A DNA stretch of 64,000 nucleotides from Heterodontus francisci. Taxonomy: Eukaryota. Below are positions 30,001 through 44,370 of the stretch, one piece after another. A program made the position numbers and the translations under genes. Position 1 is the stretch's first letter; each line of letters begins with the position of its first letter. The notes beneath the pieces are model-generated. The model searched no databases. It was given only the letters and a program-made list of their open reading frames with translations, and was not told the DNA's origin. The stretch lies in NCBI RefSeq assembly GCF_036365525.1, contig NC_090378.1, positions 120,947,593 to 121,011,592 on the forward strand, written 5' to 3'.

Positions 30001-33000
30001 ACACAGACTAGAATCTGAAGTGTGATGTACCTGAGTACACAGACTGGATTGTGAAGTGTGATGTAGCTGAGTACACAGACTGGATTGTGAAGTGTGATGT
30101 ATCTGAGTACACAGACCAGATTGTAATGTGTGATGTACCTGTGTACACAGACTGGATTGTGAAGTGTGTTGTACCTGAGTACACAGACCAGATTGTGAAG
30201 TGTGATGAATCTGAGTACACAGACCAGATTATGAATTGTGATGCACTTGAGTACACGGATTGGATTTTGAAGTCTGATGTACCTGAGTACACAGACTGGA
30301 TTGTGAAGTGTGATTTTCCTGAGTACACAGACTGGATTGTGAAGTGTGATGTACCTGAGTGCACAGACCGGATTGTGAAGTGTGATTTTCCTGAGTACTC
30401 AGACCGGATTGTAATGTGTGATGTACCTGTCTACACAGACTGGATTGTGAAGTGTGATGTAGCTGAGTACACAGACCAGATTGTGAAGTGTGATGTATCT
30501 GAGTACACAGACTGGATTGTGAAGTGTGATGTACTTGAGTAAACAGACTGGATTGTGAAGTGTGATGTACCTGAGTGCACTGACCGGATTGTGAAGTGTG
30601 ATTTACCGGAGTACACAGACTGGATTGATAAGTGTGATGTACCTGAGTACACAGACTGGATTGTGAAGTGTGATGTACCTGAATACACAGACTGGATTGT
30701 GAAGTGTGATGTATCTGAGTGCACAGACTTGATTGTGAAGTGTGATTTACCTGATTACGCAGACTGGATTGTGAAGTGTGATGTACCTGAGTACACAGAC
30801 TTGATTGTGAAGTGTGATGTACCTGAGTACACAGACTGGATTCTGAAGTGTGCTGCAGATGAGTGCACAGACTGGATTGTGATGTGTGATGTATCTGAGT
30901 GCACAGAGCGAATGTGAAGTGTGATGTACCTGAGTACACAGACTGGATTGTGACGTGTGATGTATCGGAGTACACAGACTGGATTCTGAAGTGTTATGTA
31001 GCTGAATACACAGACTGGATTGTGAAGTGTGATGTACCTGAGTTCACAGACTCGATTGTGAAGTGTGATGTCCCTGAGTACACAGACTGGATTGTGAAGT
31101 GTGATATACCTGAGTACACAGACTAGATTCTGAAGTGTTATGTACCTGCGTACACAGACTGGATTGTGAAGTCTGTTGTACCTGAGTACACAGACCAGAA
31201 TCTGAAGTATGATTTACCTGTGTACACAGACTGGATTGTGAAGTGTGATGTACCTGAATACACGGACTGGATTGTGAAGTGTGATGTACCTGAGTACACA
31301 GACCAGATTGTGAAGTGTGATGAATCTGAGTACACAGACCAGATTGTGAAGTGTGATGCACTTGAGTACACGGATTGGATTTTGAAGTGTGATGTACCTG
31401 AGGACACAGACTGGATTGTGAAGTGTGATTTTCCTGAGTACACAGACTGGACTGTGAAGTGTGATGTACCTGAGTACACAGACCGGATTGTGAAGTGTGA
31501 TGTACCTGAGGACTCAGACTGGATTGTGAAGTGTGATTTTCCTGAGTACACAGACTGGATTGTGAAGTGTGATGTAGCTGAGTACACAGACCAGATTGTG
31601 AAGTGTGATGTATCTGAGTACACAGCCTGGATTGTGAAGTGTGATGTACTTGAGTAAACAGACTGGATTGTGAAGTGTGATGTACCTGAGTGCACTGACC
31701 GGATTGTGAAGTGTGATTTACCGGAGTAAACAGACTGGATTGATAAGTGTGATGTACCTGAGTACACAGACTGGATTGTGAAGTGTGATGTACCTGAATA
31801 CACAGACTGGATTGTGAAGTGTGATGTACCTGAGTTCACAGACTGGATTGTGACGTGTGATGTATCGGAGTACACAGACTGGATTCTGAAGTGTGATGTA
31901 GCTGAATACACAGACTGGATTGTGAAGTGTGATGTACCTGAGTTCACTGACTCGATTGTGAAGTGTGATGTCCCTGAGTACACAGACTGGATTGTGAAGT
32001 GTGATGTACCTGAGTACACAGACTAGATTCTGAAGTGTTATGTACCTGCGTACATAGACTGGATTGTGAAGTCTGTTGTACCTGAGTACACAGACCAGAA
32101 TCTGAAGTGTGATTTACCTGTGTACACAGACTGGATTGTGAAGTGTGATGTACCTGAGTACACGGACTGGATTGTGAAGTGTGATGTAAATGAGTACACA
32201 GACCGGATTGTGAAGTGTGATGTACCTGAGTACACAGACTGGATTGTGAAGTGTTTTGTACCTGATTGCACAGACTTGATTCTGAAGTGTGATGCACCTG
32301 ATTACACAGACTGGATTGTGAAGTGTGATGTACCTGAGAACACAGACTAGATTCTGAAGTGTGATGCACCTGAGTACACAGACCGGATTCTGAAGTGTGA
32401 TGTACCTGAGTACACAGACTGGATTGTGAAGTGTGATATATCGGAGTACACAGACTAGATTCTGAAGTGTGATTTACCTGTGTACACAGACTGCATTGTG
32501 AAGTGTGATGTACCTGAGTACACGGATTGGATTGTGAAGTGTGATGTACCTGATTGCACAGACTTGATACTGAAGTGTGATGTACCTGAGTACACAGACT
32601 GGATTGTGAAGAGTGATGCAACTGATTACACAGACTGGATTGTGAAGTGTGATGTACCTGAGAACACAGACTAGATTCTGAAGTGTGATGCACCTGAGTA
32701 CACAGACCGGATTCTGAAGTGTGATGTACGAGAGTACACAGACTGGATTGTGAAGTGTGATATATCGGTGTACACAGACTAGATTCTGAAGTGTGATTTA
32801 CCTGTGTACACAGACTGGATTGTGAAGTGTGATGTACCTGAGTACACAGACTAGAATCTGAAGTGTGATGTACCTGAGTACACAGACTGGATTGTGAAGT
32901 GTGATGTACCTGAGTACACAGACCAGATTGTGATGTGTGATGTATCTGAGTACACAGACTGGATTGTGAAGTGTGATGAATCTGAGGACACAGACTGGAT

Positions 33001-36000
33001 TGTGAAGTGTGATTTTCCTGAGTACACAGACTGGATTGTGAAGTGTGATGTACCTGAGTACACAGACCGGATTGTGAAGTGTGATGTACCTGAGTACACA
33101 GACTGGATTAGGAAGTGTGACGCACCTGAGTACACAGACTGGATTGGGAAGTGTGATGTACTTGAGTACACAGACTGGATTGTGAAGTGTGATGTACCTC
33201 AGTACACAGACTAGATTGTGAAGTGTGATGTACCTGAGTCCACAGACTGGATTCTGAAGTGTGCTGCAGATGAGTGCACAGACTGGATTGTGAAGTGTGA
33301 TGTATCTGAGTGCACAGAGCGAATGTGAAGTGTGATGTACCTGAGTACACAGACTGGATTGTGACGTGTGATGTATCGGAGTACACAGACTGGATTCTGA
33401 AGTGTTATGTAGCTGAATACACAGACTGGATTGTGAAGTGTGATGTACCTGAGTTCACAGACTCGATTGTGAAGTGTGATGTCCCTGAGTTCACAGACTG
33501 GATTGTGAAGTGTGATATACCTGAGTACACAGACTAGATTCTGAAGTGTTATGTACCTGCGTACACAGACTGGATTGTGAAGTCTGTTGTACCTGAGTAC
33601 ACAGACCAGAATCTGAAGTATGATTTACCTGTGTACACAGACTGGATTGTGAAGTGTGATGTACCTGAATACACGGACTGGATTGTGAAGTGTGATGTAA
33701 ATGAGTACACAGACCGGATTGTGAAGTGTGATGTTTCTAAGTACACAGACTGGATTGTGAAGTGTGATGTACCTGAGTACACGGATTGGATTGTGAAGTG
33801 TGATGTACCTGATTGCACAGACTTGATTCTGAAGTGTGATGCAACTGATTACACAGACTGGATTGTGAAGTGTGATGTACCTGAGAACACAGACTAGATT
33901 CTGAAGTGTGATGCACCTGAGTACACAGACCGGATTCTGAAGTGTGATGTACGAGAGTACACAGACTGGATTGTGAAGTGTGATATATCGGAGTACACAG
34001 ACTAGATTCTGAAGTGTGATGTACCTGAGTACACAGACTGGATTGTGAAGTGTGATGTATCTGAGTACACAGACTGCATTGCGAAGTGTGATGTACCTGA
34101 GTACACAGACTGGATTGTGAAGTGTGATGTATCTGAGTACACAGACTGCATTGTGAAGTGTGATGTACCTGAGTACACAGACTGGATTGTGAAGTGTGAT
34201 GTACCTGAGTACACAGACCAGATTGTGAAGTGTGATGAATCTGAGTACACAGACCAGATTGTGAAGTGTGATGTACCTGAATACACAGACCAGATTGTGA
34301 AGTGTGATGTATCTGAGAACACAGACTGGATGTGAAGTGTGATGTATCTGAGTACACAGACTGCATTATGACGTGTGATGTACCTGAGTACACAGACTGG
34401 ATTGTGAAGTGTGATGTACCTGAATACACAGACTGGATTGTGAAGTGTGATGTATCTGAGTGCACAGACTTGATTGTGAAGTGTGATTTACCTGATTACG
34501 CAGACTGGATTGTGAAGTGTGATGTACCTGAGTACACAGACTTGATTGTGAAGTGTGATGTACCTGAGTACACAGACTGGATTCTGAAGTGTGCTGCAGA
34601 TGAGTGCACAGACTGGATTGTGATGTGTGATGTATCTGAGTGCACAGAGCGAATGTGAAGTGTGATGTACCTGAGTACACAGACTGGATTGTGACGTGTG
34701 ATGTATCGGAGTACACAGACTGGATTCTGAAGTGTTATGTAGCTGAATACACAGACTGGATTGTGAAGTGTGATGTACCTGAGTTCACAGACTCGATTGT
34801 GAAGTGTGATGTCCCTGAGTACACAGACTGGATTGTGAAGTGTGATATACCTGAGTACACAGACTAGATTCTGAAGTGTTATGTACCTGCGTACACAGAC
34901 TGGATTGTGAAGTCTGTTGTACCTGAGTACACAGACCAGAATCTGAAGTATGATTTACCTGTGTACACAGACTGGATTGTGAAGTGTGATGTACCTGAAT
35001 ACACGGACTGGATTGTGAAGTGTGATGTACCTGAGTACACAGGCCAGATTGTGAAGTGTGATGAATCTGAGTACACTGACCAGATTGTGAAGTGTGATGC
35101 ACTTGAGTACACGGATTGGATTTTGAAGTGTGATGTACCTGAGGACACAGACTGGATTGTGAAGTGTGATTTTCCTGAGTACACAGACTGGACTGTGAAG
35201 TGTGATGTACCTGAGTACACAGACCGGATTGTGAAGTGTGATGTACCTGAGGACTCAGACTGGATTGTGAAGTGTGATTTTCCTGAGTACACAGACTGGA
35301 TTGTGAAGTGTGATGTAGCTGAGTACACAGACCAGATTGTGAAGTGTGATGTATCTGAGTACACAGCCTGGATTGTGAAGTGTGATGTACTTGAGTAAAC
35401 AGACTGGATTGTGAAGTGTGATGTACCTGAGTGCACTGACCGGATTGTGAAGTGTGATTTACCGGAGTAAACAGACTGGATTGATAAGTGTGATGTACCT
35501 GAGTACACAGACTGGATTGTGAAGTGTGATGTACCTGAATACACAGACTGGATTGTGAAGTGTGATGTACCTGAGTTCACAGACTGGATTGTGACGTGTG
35601 ATGTATCGGAGTACACAGACTGGATTCTGAAGTGTGATGTAGCTGAATACACAGACTGGATTGTGAAGTGTGATGTACCTGAGTTCACTGACTCGATTGT
35701 GAAGTGTGATGTCCCTGAGTACACAGACTGGATTGTGAAGTGTGATGTACCTGAGTACACAGACTAGATTCTGAAGTGTTATGTACCTGCGTACATAGAC
35801 TGGATTGTGAAGTCTGTTGTACCTGAGTACACAGACCAGAATCTGAAGTGTGATTTACCTGTGTACACAGACTGGATTGTGAAGTGTGATGTACCTGAGT
35901 ACACGGACTGGATTGTGAAGTGTGATGTAAATGAGTACACAGACCGGATTGTGAAGTGTGATGTACCTGAGTACACAGACTGGATTGTGAAGTGTTTTGT

Positions 36001-39000
36001 ACCTGATTGCACAGACTTGATTCTGAAGTGTGATGCACCTGATTACACAGACTGGATTGTGAAGTGTGATGTACCTGAGAACACAGACTAGATTCTGAAG
36101 TGTGATGCACCTGAGTACACAGACCGGATTCTGAAGTGTGATGTACCTGAGTACACAGACTGGATTGTGAAGTGTGATATATCGGAGTACACAGACTAGA
36201 TTCTGAAGTGTGATTTACCTGTGTACACAGACTGCATTGTGAAGTGTGATGTACCTGAGTACACGGATTGGATTGTGAAGTGTGATGTACCTGATTGCAC
36301 AGACTTGATACTGAAGTGTGATGTACCTGAGTACACAGACTGGATTGTGAAGAGTGATGCAACTGATTACACAGACTGGATTGTGAAGTGTGATGTACCT
36401 GAGAACACAGACTAGATTCTGAAGTGTGATGCACCTGAGTACACAGACCGGATTCTGAAGTGTGATGTACGAGAGTACACAGACTGGATTGTGAAGTGTG
36501 ATATATCGGTGTACACAGACTAGATTCTGAAGTGTGATTTACCTGTGTACACAGACTGGATTGTGAAGTGTGATGTACCTGAGTACACAGACTAGAATCT
36601 GAAGTGTGATGTACCTGAGTACACAGACTGGATTGTGAAGTGTGATGTACCTGAGTACACAGACCAGATTGTGATGTGTGATGTATCTGAGTACACAGAC
36701 TGGATTGTGAAGTGTGATGAATCTGAGGACACAGACTGGATTGTGAAGTGTGATTTTCCTGAGTACACAGACTGGATTGTGAAGTGTGATGTACCTGAGT
36801 ACACAGACCGGATTGTGAAGTGTGATGTACCTGAGTACACAGACTGGATTAGGAAGTGTGACGCACCTGAGTACACAGACTGGATTGGGAAGTGTGATGT
36901 ACTTGAGTACACAGACTGGATTGTGAAGTGTGATGTACCTCAGTACACAGACTAGATTGTGAAGTGTGATGTACCTGAGTCCACAGACTGGATTCTGAAG
37001 TGTGCTGCAGATGAGTGCACAGACTGGATTGTGAAGTGTGATGTATCTGAGTGCACAGAGCGAATGTGAAGTGTGATGTACCTGAGTACACAGACTGGAT
37101 TGTGACGTGTGATGTATCGGAGTACACAGACTGGATTCTGAAGTGTTATGTAGCTGAATACACAGACTGGATTGTGAAGTGTGATGTACCTGAGTTCACA
37201 GACTCGATTGTGAAGTGTGATGTCCCTGAGTACACAGACTGGATTGTGAAGTGTGATATACCTGAGTACACAGACTAGATTCTGAAGTGTTATGTACCTG
37301 CGTACACAGACTGGATTGTGAAGTCTGTTGTACCTGAGTACACAGACCAGAATCTGAAGTATGATTTACCTGTGTACACAGACTGGATTGTGAAGTGTGA
37401 TGTACCTGAATACACGGACTGGATTGTGAAGTGTGATGTAAATGAGTACACAGACCGGATTGTGAAGTGTGATGTTTCTAAGTACACAGACTGGATTGTG
37501 AAGTGTGATGTACCTGAGTACACGGATTGGATTGTGAAGTGTGATGTACCTGATTGCACAGACTTGATTCTGAAGTGTGATGCAACTGATTACACAGACT
37601 GGATTGTGAAGTGTGATGTACCTGAGAACACAGACTAGATTCTGAAGTGTGATGCACCTGAGTACACAGACCGGATTCTGAAGTGTGATGTACGAGAGTA
37701 CACAGACTGGATTGTGAAGTGTGATATATCGGAGTACACAGACTAGATTCTGAAGTGTGATGTACCTGAGTACACAGACTGGATTGTGAAGTGTGATGTA
37801 TCTGAGTACACAGACTGCATTGCGAAGTGTGATGTACCTGAGTACACAGACTGGATTGTGAAGTGTGATGTATCTGAGTACACAGACTGCATTGTGAAGT
37901 GTGATGTACCTGAGTACACAGACTGGATTGTGAAGTGTGATGTACCTGAGTACACAGACCAGATTGTGAAGTGTGATGAATCTGAGTACACAGACCAGAT
38001 TGTGAAGTGTGATGTACCTGAATACACAGACCAGATTGTGAAGTGTGATGTATCTGAGAACACAGACTGGATGTGAAGTGTGATGTATCTGAGTACACAG
38101 ACTGCATTATGACGTGTGATTTATCGGAGTACACAGACTGGATTGTGAAGTGTGATGTACCTGAGTGCACTGACCAGATTGTGAAGTGTGATTGACCGGA
38201 GTACACAGACTGGATTGATAAGTGCGATGTACCTGAGTACACAGACTGGATTGTGAAGTGTGATGTACCTGAATACACAGACTGGATTGTGAAGTGTGAT
38301 GTACCTGAGTACACAGACCAGATTGTGAAGTGTGATGAATCTGAGTACACAGACCAGATTGTGAAGTGTGATGTACCTGAGTACACAGACCAGATTGTGA
38401 AGTGTGATGTATCTGAGTACACAGACTGCATTATGAAGTGTGATGTATCGGAGTACACAGACTGGATTGTGAAGTGTGATGTACCTGAGTGCACTGACCA
38501 GATTGTGAAGTGTGATGTACCTGAGTACACAGACTGGATTGTGAAGTGTGATGTATCGGAGTACACAGACTGGATTGTGAAGTGTGATGTACCTGAGTGC
38601 ACAGACTTGATTGTGAAGTGTGATGTACCTGATTACGCAGACTGGATTGTGAAGTGTGATGTACCTGAGTGCACTGACTGGATTTTGAAGTGTGATGTAC
38701 CTGAGTACACAGACTGGATTGTGAAGTGTGATTTTCCTGAGTACACAGACTGGATTGTGAAGTGTGATGTACCTGAGTACACAGACCGGATTGCAAAGTG
38801 TGATGTACCTGTGTACACAGACTGGATTGTGAAGTGTGATGTACCTGAGTACACAGACTTTATTGTGAAGTGTGATGTACCTGAGCACACAGACCGGATT
38901 ATGAAGTGTGATGTTCCTCAGTACACAGACTGGATTGTGAAGTGTGATGTCCCTGAGTACACAGACTTGATTGTGAAGTGTGATGTACGTGAGTACACTG

Positions 39001-42000
39001 ACTGGATTATGAAGTGTGATGTTTCTGAGTACACGGACTGGATTGTGAAGTGTGATGTACCTGAGTACACAGACTGGATTGTGAAGTGTGATGTACTTGA
39101 GTACACGGATTGGATTTGAAGTGAGATGTACCTGAGTACACAGACTGGATTGTGAAGTGTGATTTTCCTGAGTACACAGACTGGATTGTGAAGTGTGATG
39201 TATCTGAGTACACAGACTGCATTGCGAAGTGTGATGTACCTGAGTACACAGACTGGATTGTGAAGTGTGATGTACCTGAGTACACAGACCAGATTGTGAA
39301 GTGTGATGAATCTGAGTACACAGACTGGATTGTGAAGTGTGATGTACCTGAGTACACAGACCAGATTGTGAAGTGTGATGTATCAGAGTACACAGACTGG
39401 ATTTTGAAGTGTGATGTGCATTAATACACAGACCAGATTGTGAAGTGTGATGAATCTGAGTGCACAGACTGGATTGTGAAGTGTGATGTACCTGAGTACA
39501 CAGACTGGATTGTGAAGTGAGATGTACCTGAGTACACAGACCAGATTGTGCAGTGTGATGTATCTGAGTACACAGACTGGATTGTGAAGTGTGATGTATC
39601 TGAGTACACAGACTGGATTGTGAAGTGTGATGTATCTGAGTACACAGACTGCATTATGAAGTGTGATGTATCGGAGTACACAGACTGGATTGTGAAGTGT
39701 GATGCACCTGAGTGCACTGACCAGATTGTGAAGTGTGATTTACCGGAGTACACAGACTGGATTGATAAGTGTGATGTACCTGAGTACACAGACTGGATTG
39801 TGAAGTGTGATGTATCTGAGTACACAGACTGGATTGTGAAGTGTGATGTACCTGAGTGCACAGACTTGATTGTGAAGTGTGATGTACCTGATTACGCAGA
39901 CTGGATAGTGAAGTGTGATATACCTGAGTACACACTGGATTGTGAAGTGTGATGTACCTGAGTGCACAGACTGGATTTTGAAGTGTGATGTACCTGAGTA
40001 CACAGACTGGATTGTGAAGTGTGATGTACCTGAGTACACAGACTGGATTGTGAAGTTTGTTTTTCCTGAGTACACAGACTTGATTGTGAAGTGTGATGTT
40101 CCTGAGTACACAGACCGGATTGCAAAGTGTGATGTACCTGTGTACACAGACTGGATTGTGAAGTGTGATGTACCTGAGTACACAGGCTTTATCGTGAAGT
40201 GTGATGTACCTGAGCATACAGACCGGATTATGAAGTGTGATGTACCTGAGTACACATACTGGATTGTGAAGTGTGATGTACCTGTGTACACAGACTAGAT
40301 TGTGAAGTGTGATGTCCCTGAGTACACAGACCTGATTGTGAAGTGTGATGTACCTGAGTACACAGACCAGATTGTGAAGTGTGATGTATCTGAGTACACA
40401 GACTGCATTATGAAGTGTGATGTATCGGAGTACACAGACTGGATTGTGAAGTGTGATGTACCTGAGTGCACTGACCAGATTGTGAAGTGTGATGTACCTG
40501 AGTACACAGACTGGATTGTGAAGTGTGATGTATCGGAGTACACAGACTGGATTGTGAAGTGTGATGTACCTGAGTGCACTGACCAGATTGTGAAGTGTGA
40601 TGTACCTGAGTACACAGACTGGATTGTGAAGTGTGATGTATCGGAGTGCACAGACTTGATTGTGAAGTGTGATGTACCTGATTACGCAGACTGGATTGTG
40701 AAGTGTGATGTACCTGAGTGCACCGACTGGATTTTGAAGTGTGATGTACCTGAGTACACAGACTGGATTGTGAAGTGTGATTTTCCTGAGTACACAGACT
40801 GGATTGTGAAGTGTGATGTACCTGAGTACACAGACCGGATTGCAAAGTGTGATGTACCTGTGTACACAGACTGGATTGTGAAGTGTGATGTACCTGAGTA
40901 CACAGACTTTATTGTGAAGTGTGATGTACCTGAGCACACAGACCGGATTATGAAGTGTGATGTTCCTCAGTACACAGACTGGATTGTGAAGTGTGATGTC
41001 CCTGAGTACACAGACTTGATTGTGAAGTGTGATGTACGTGAGTACACTGACTGGATTATGAAGTGTGATGTTTCTGAGTACACGGACTGGATTGTGAAGT
41101 GTGATGTACCTGAGTACACAGACTGGATTGTGAAGTGTGATGTACTTGAGTACACGGATTGGATTTGAAGTGAGATGTACCTGAGTACACAGACTGGATT
41201 GTGAAGTGTGATTTTCCTGAGTACACAGACTGGATTGTGAAGTGTGATGTATCTGAGTACATAGACTGCATTGCGAAGTGTGATGTACCTGAGTACACAG
41301 ACTGGATTGTGAAGTGTGATGTACCTGAGTACACAGACCAGATTGTGAAGTGTGATGACTCTGAGTACACAGACTGGATTGTGAAGTGTGATGTACCTGA
41401 GTACACAGACCAGATTGTGAAGTGTGATGTATCAGAGTACACAGACTGGATTGTGAAGTGTGATGTGCATTAATACACAGACAAGATTGTGAAGTGTGAT
41501 GAATCTGAGTGCACAGACTGGATTGTGAAGTGTGATGTACCTGAGTACACAGACTGGATTGTGAAGTGTGATGTACCTGAGTACACAGACCAGATTGTGC
41601 AGTGTGATGTATCTGAGTACACAGACTGGATTGTGAAGTGTGATGTATCTGAGTACACAGACTGGATTGTGAAGTGTGATGTATCTGAGTACACAGACTG
41701 GATTGTGAAGTGTGATGTACCTGAGTGCACAGACTTGATTGTGAAGTGTGATGTACCTGATTACGCAGACTGGATAGTGAAGTATGATATACCTGAGTAC
41801 ACACTGGATTGTGAAGTGTGATGTACCTGAGTGCACAGACTGGATTTTGAAGTGTAATGTACCTGAGTACACAGACTGGATTGTGAAGTGTGATGTACCT
41901 GAGTACACAGACTGGATTGTGAAGTTTGTTTTTCCTGAGTACACAGACTGGATTGTGAAGTGTGATGTACCTGAGTACACAGACCGGATTGCAAAGTGTG

Positions 42001-43916
42001 ATGTACCTGTGTACACAGACTGGATTGTGAAGTGTGATGTACCTGAGTACACAGGCTTTATTGTGAAGTGTGATGTACCTGAGCATACAGACCGGATTAT
42101 GAAGTGTGATGTACCTGAGTACACATACTGGATTGTGAAGTGTGATGTACCTGTGTACACAGTCTAGATTGTGAAGTGTGATGTCCCTGAGTACACAGAC
42201 CTGATTGTGAAGTGTGATGTACCTGAGTACACTGACTGGATTATGAAGTGTGATGTTTCTGAGTACACGGACTGGATTGTGAAGTGTGATGTACTTGAGT
42301 ACACAGACTGGATTGTGAAGTGTGATTTTCCTGAGTGCTCAGACTGGATTGTGAAGTGTGATGTACCTGAGTGCACCGACTGGATTTTGAAGTGTGATGT
42401 ACCTGAGTACACAGACTGGATTGTGAAGTGTGATGTACCTGAGTACACAGACTGGATTGTGAAGTGTGATGTACCTGAGTACACAGACTGGATTGTGAAG
42501 TTTGTTTTTCCTGAGTACACAGACTGGATTGTGAAGTGTGATGTACCTGAGTACACAGACCGGATTGCAAAGTGTGATGTACCTGTGTACACAGACTGGA
42601 TTGTGAAGTGTGATGTACCTGAGTACACAGGCTTTATTGTGAAGTGTGATGTACCTGAGCATACAGACCGGATTATGAAGTGTGATGTACCTGAGTACAC
42701 ATACTGGATTGTGAAGTGTGATGTACCTGTGTACACAGACTAGATTGTGAAGTGTGATGTCCCTGAGTACACAGACCTGATTGTGAAGTGTGATGTACCT
42801 GAGTACACAGACTGGATTGTGAAGTGTGATGTACCTGAGTACACAGACTGGATTGTGAAGTGTGCTGTATCTGAGTACACAGACTGCATTGTGAAGTGTG
42901 ACGTACCTGAGTACACTGACTGGATTGTGAAGTGTGATGTACCTGAGTACACAGACCAGATTGTGAAGTGTGATGTATCTGAGTACACAGACTGGATTGT
43001 GAAGTGTGGTGTATCTGAGTACACTGACTGCATTGTGAAGTGTGATGTCCCTGAGTACACAGACTGGATTGTGAAGTGTGATGTATCTGAGTACACAGAC
43101 CAGATTGTGAAGTATGATGTACCTGAGTACACAGACCAGTTTGTGAGTGTGATGTATCTGAGTACACAGACTGCATTGTGAAGTGTGATGTATCGGAGTA
43201 CACAGACTGGATTGTGAAGTGTGATGTACCTGAGGACACACACCAGATTTTGAAGTGTGATGTACCTGAGGACACAGACTGGATTGTGAAGTGTGTTGTC
43301 CCTGAGTACACAGACAAGATTCTGAATTGTGATGTACCTGAGTACACAGACCGGATTGTGAAGTGTGATGTCCCTGAGTACACAGTCTAGATTCTGAATT
43401 GTGATGTACCTGAGTACACAGACTGGATTGTGAAGTGTGATGTACCTGAGTACACGGACTGGATTGTGAAGTGTGATGTACCTGAGTACACGGACTGGAT
43501 TGTGAAGTGTGATATATCTGAGTACACAGACTGGATTGTGAAGTGTGATGTACCTGAGTACACGGACTGGATTGTGAAGTGTGATGTACCTGAGTACACA
43601 GACCGGATTGTGAAGTTTGATGTACCTGAATACACAGACTGGAATGTGAAGTGTGATGTACCTGAGTACACAGACTGGATTGTGAAGTGTGAGGTACCTG
43701 AGTGCACAGACCGGATTGTGAAGTGTGATGTTTCTGAGTACACAGACCGGATTGTGAAGTGTGATGTACCTGAGTACAGAGACTGGATTGTGAAGTGTGA
43801 TGTACCTGAGTACACAGACCGGATTGTGATGTGTGATGTAACTGAGTACACAGACTGGATTGTGAATTGTGATTACCTGAGTACACGGACTCGATTGTGA
43901 AGTGTGATGTACCTGA
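1..43916. repeat. 36-bp tandem satellite array (consensus GTACACAGACTGGATTGTGAAGTGTGATGTACCTGA), about 1,220 units, continues past the left window edge
   Basis: Direct reading: uninterrupted head-to-tail 36-mers with point variants and rare 35-, 34- and 25-bp units. Ends abruptly at ...GATGTACCTGA (about 43916). 12-aa periodicity in all overlapping ORFs. Confidence 0.99.
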
Positions 43917-43934
43917 AAACGTAGACTGGAGAGC

Positions 43935-44159
43935 AGAGAGAGGGCTCTCACGTTTCCCGATGTGACACTGGAGACATTAATACAGGAGGTACAAAGGAGG
44001 AGAGAATCAATGTTTGCACAAATTGCCAGGAGGCCCTCAATGCAAAACGCTGAGAAGAGAATGGGAGTGGTGACCAGGGAGTTCAGTTCATGGAGTCTGG
44101 ACCTGAGGACCTGACAGCAGTGTCGCAAGAAGTTCAATGACCTCACACGGGTGGTCAAG
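43935..44159 (+). pseudogene. Decayed Myb/SANT-like DNA-binding domain exon, typical of the accessory ORF of PIF/Harbinger DNA transposons
   Basis: Manual translation across two frameshifts: RERALTFPDVTLETLIQEVQRRRESMFAQIARRPS / TLRREW / VVTREFSSWSLDLRT*QQCRKKFNDLTRVVK, then a donor-like AAG|GTCAGT. The W...RTxxQCRKKFNDL pattern matches Myb/SANT-like (NAIF1/MSANTD-type) domains. Family assignment by recall, not a search. Confidence 0.75.
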
Positions 44160-44370
44160 GTCAGTGAATGTATCTTCGCAGGACATCTTTCACCAAGCAC
44201 AGCACCAACATCTCCCGCTGGTCATTACACCACACCCCGATCACTCACCCAGTACCAATCCCTGGCACTCAGGACTCACTCCGCAGAGTCAGATTCTCCA
44301 TCTCATCCTCACACTCCCATCAATGCCTCCTGACCACCCCGCAAACACCGCACCCTCCCCCCACTCCGAG

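Noticed and set aside
17-43900. Long repetitive ORFs as real proteins (Cys/His-rich, zinc-finger-like)
   Set aside because: They overlap on both strands, mostly use non-ATG starts, have no splice structure, and stops and frameshifts are amplified with the repeats.
1-43916. CRISPR array (36-bp repeats)
   Set aside because: Units are head-to-tail with no unique spacers, there are no cas genes, and the context is vertebrate.
1-43916. Cryptic RSS in the 36-bp satellite (CACAGAC on +, CACAATC on -)
   Set aside because: Heptamers are only partial and no nonamer-like sequence lies at 12 or 23 bp.
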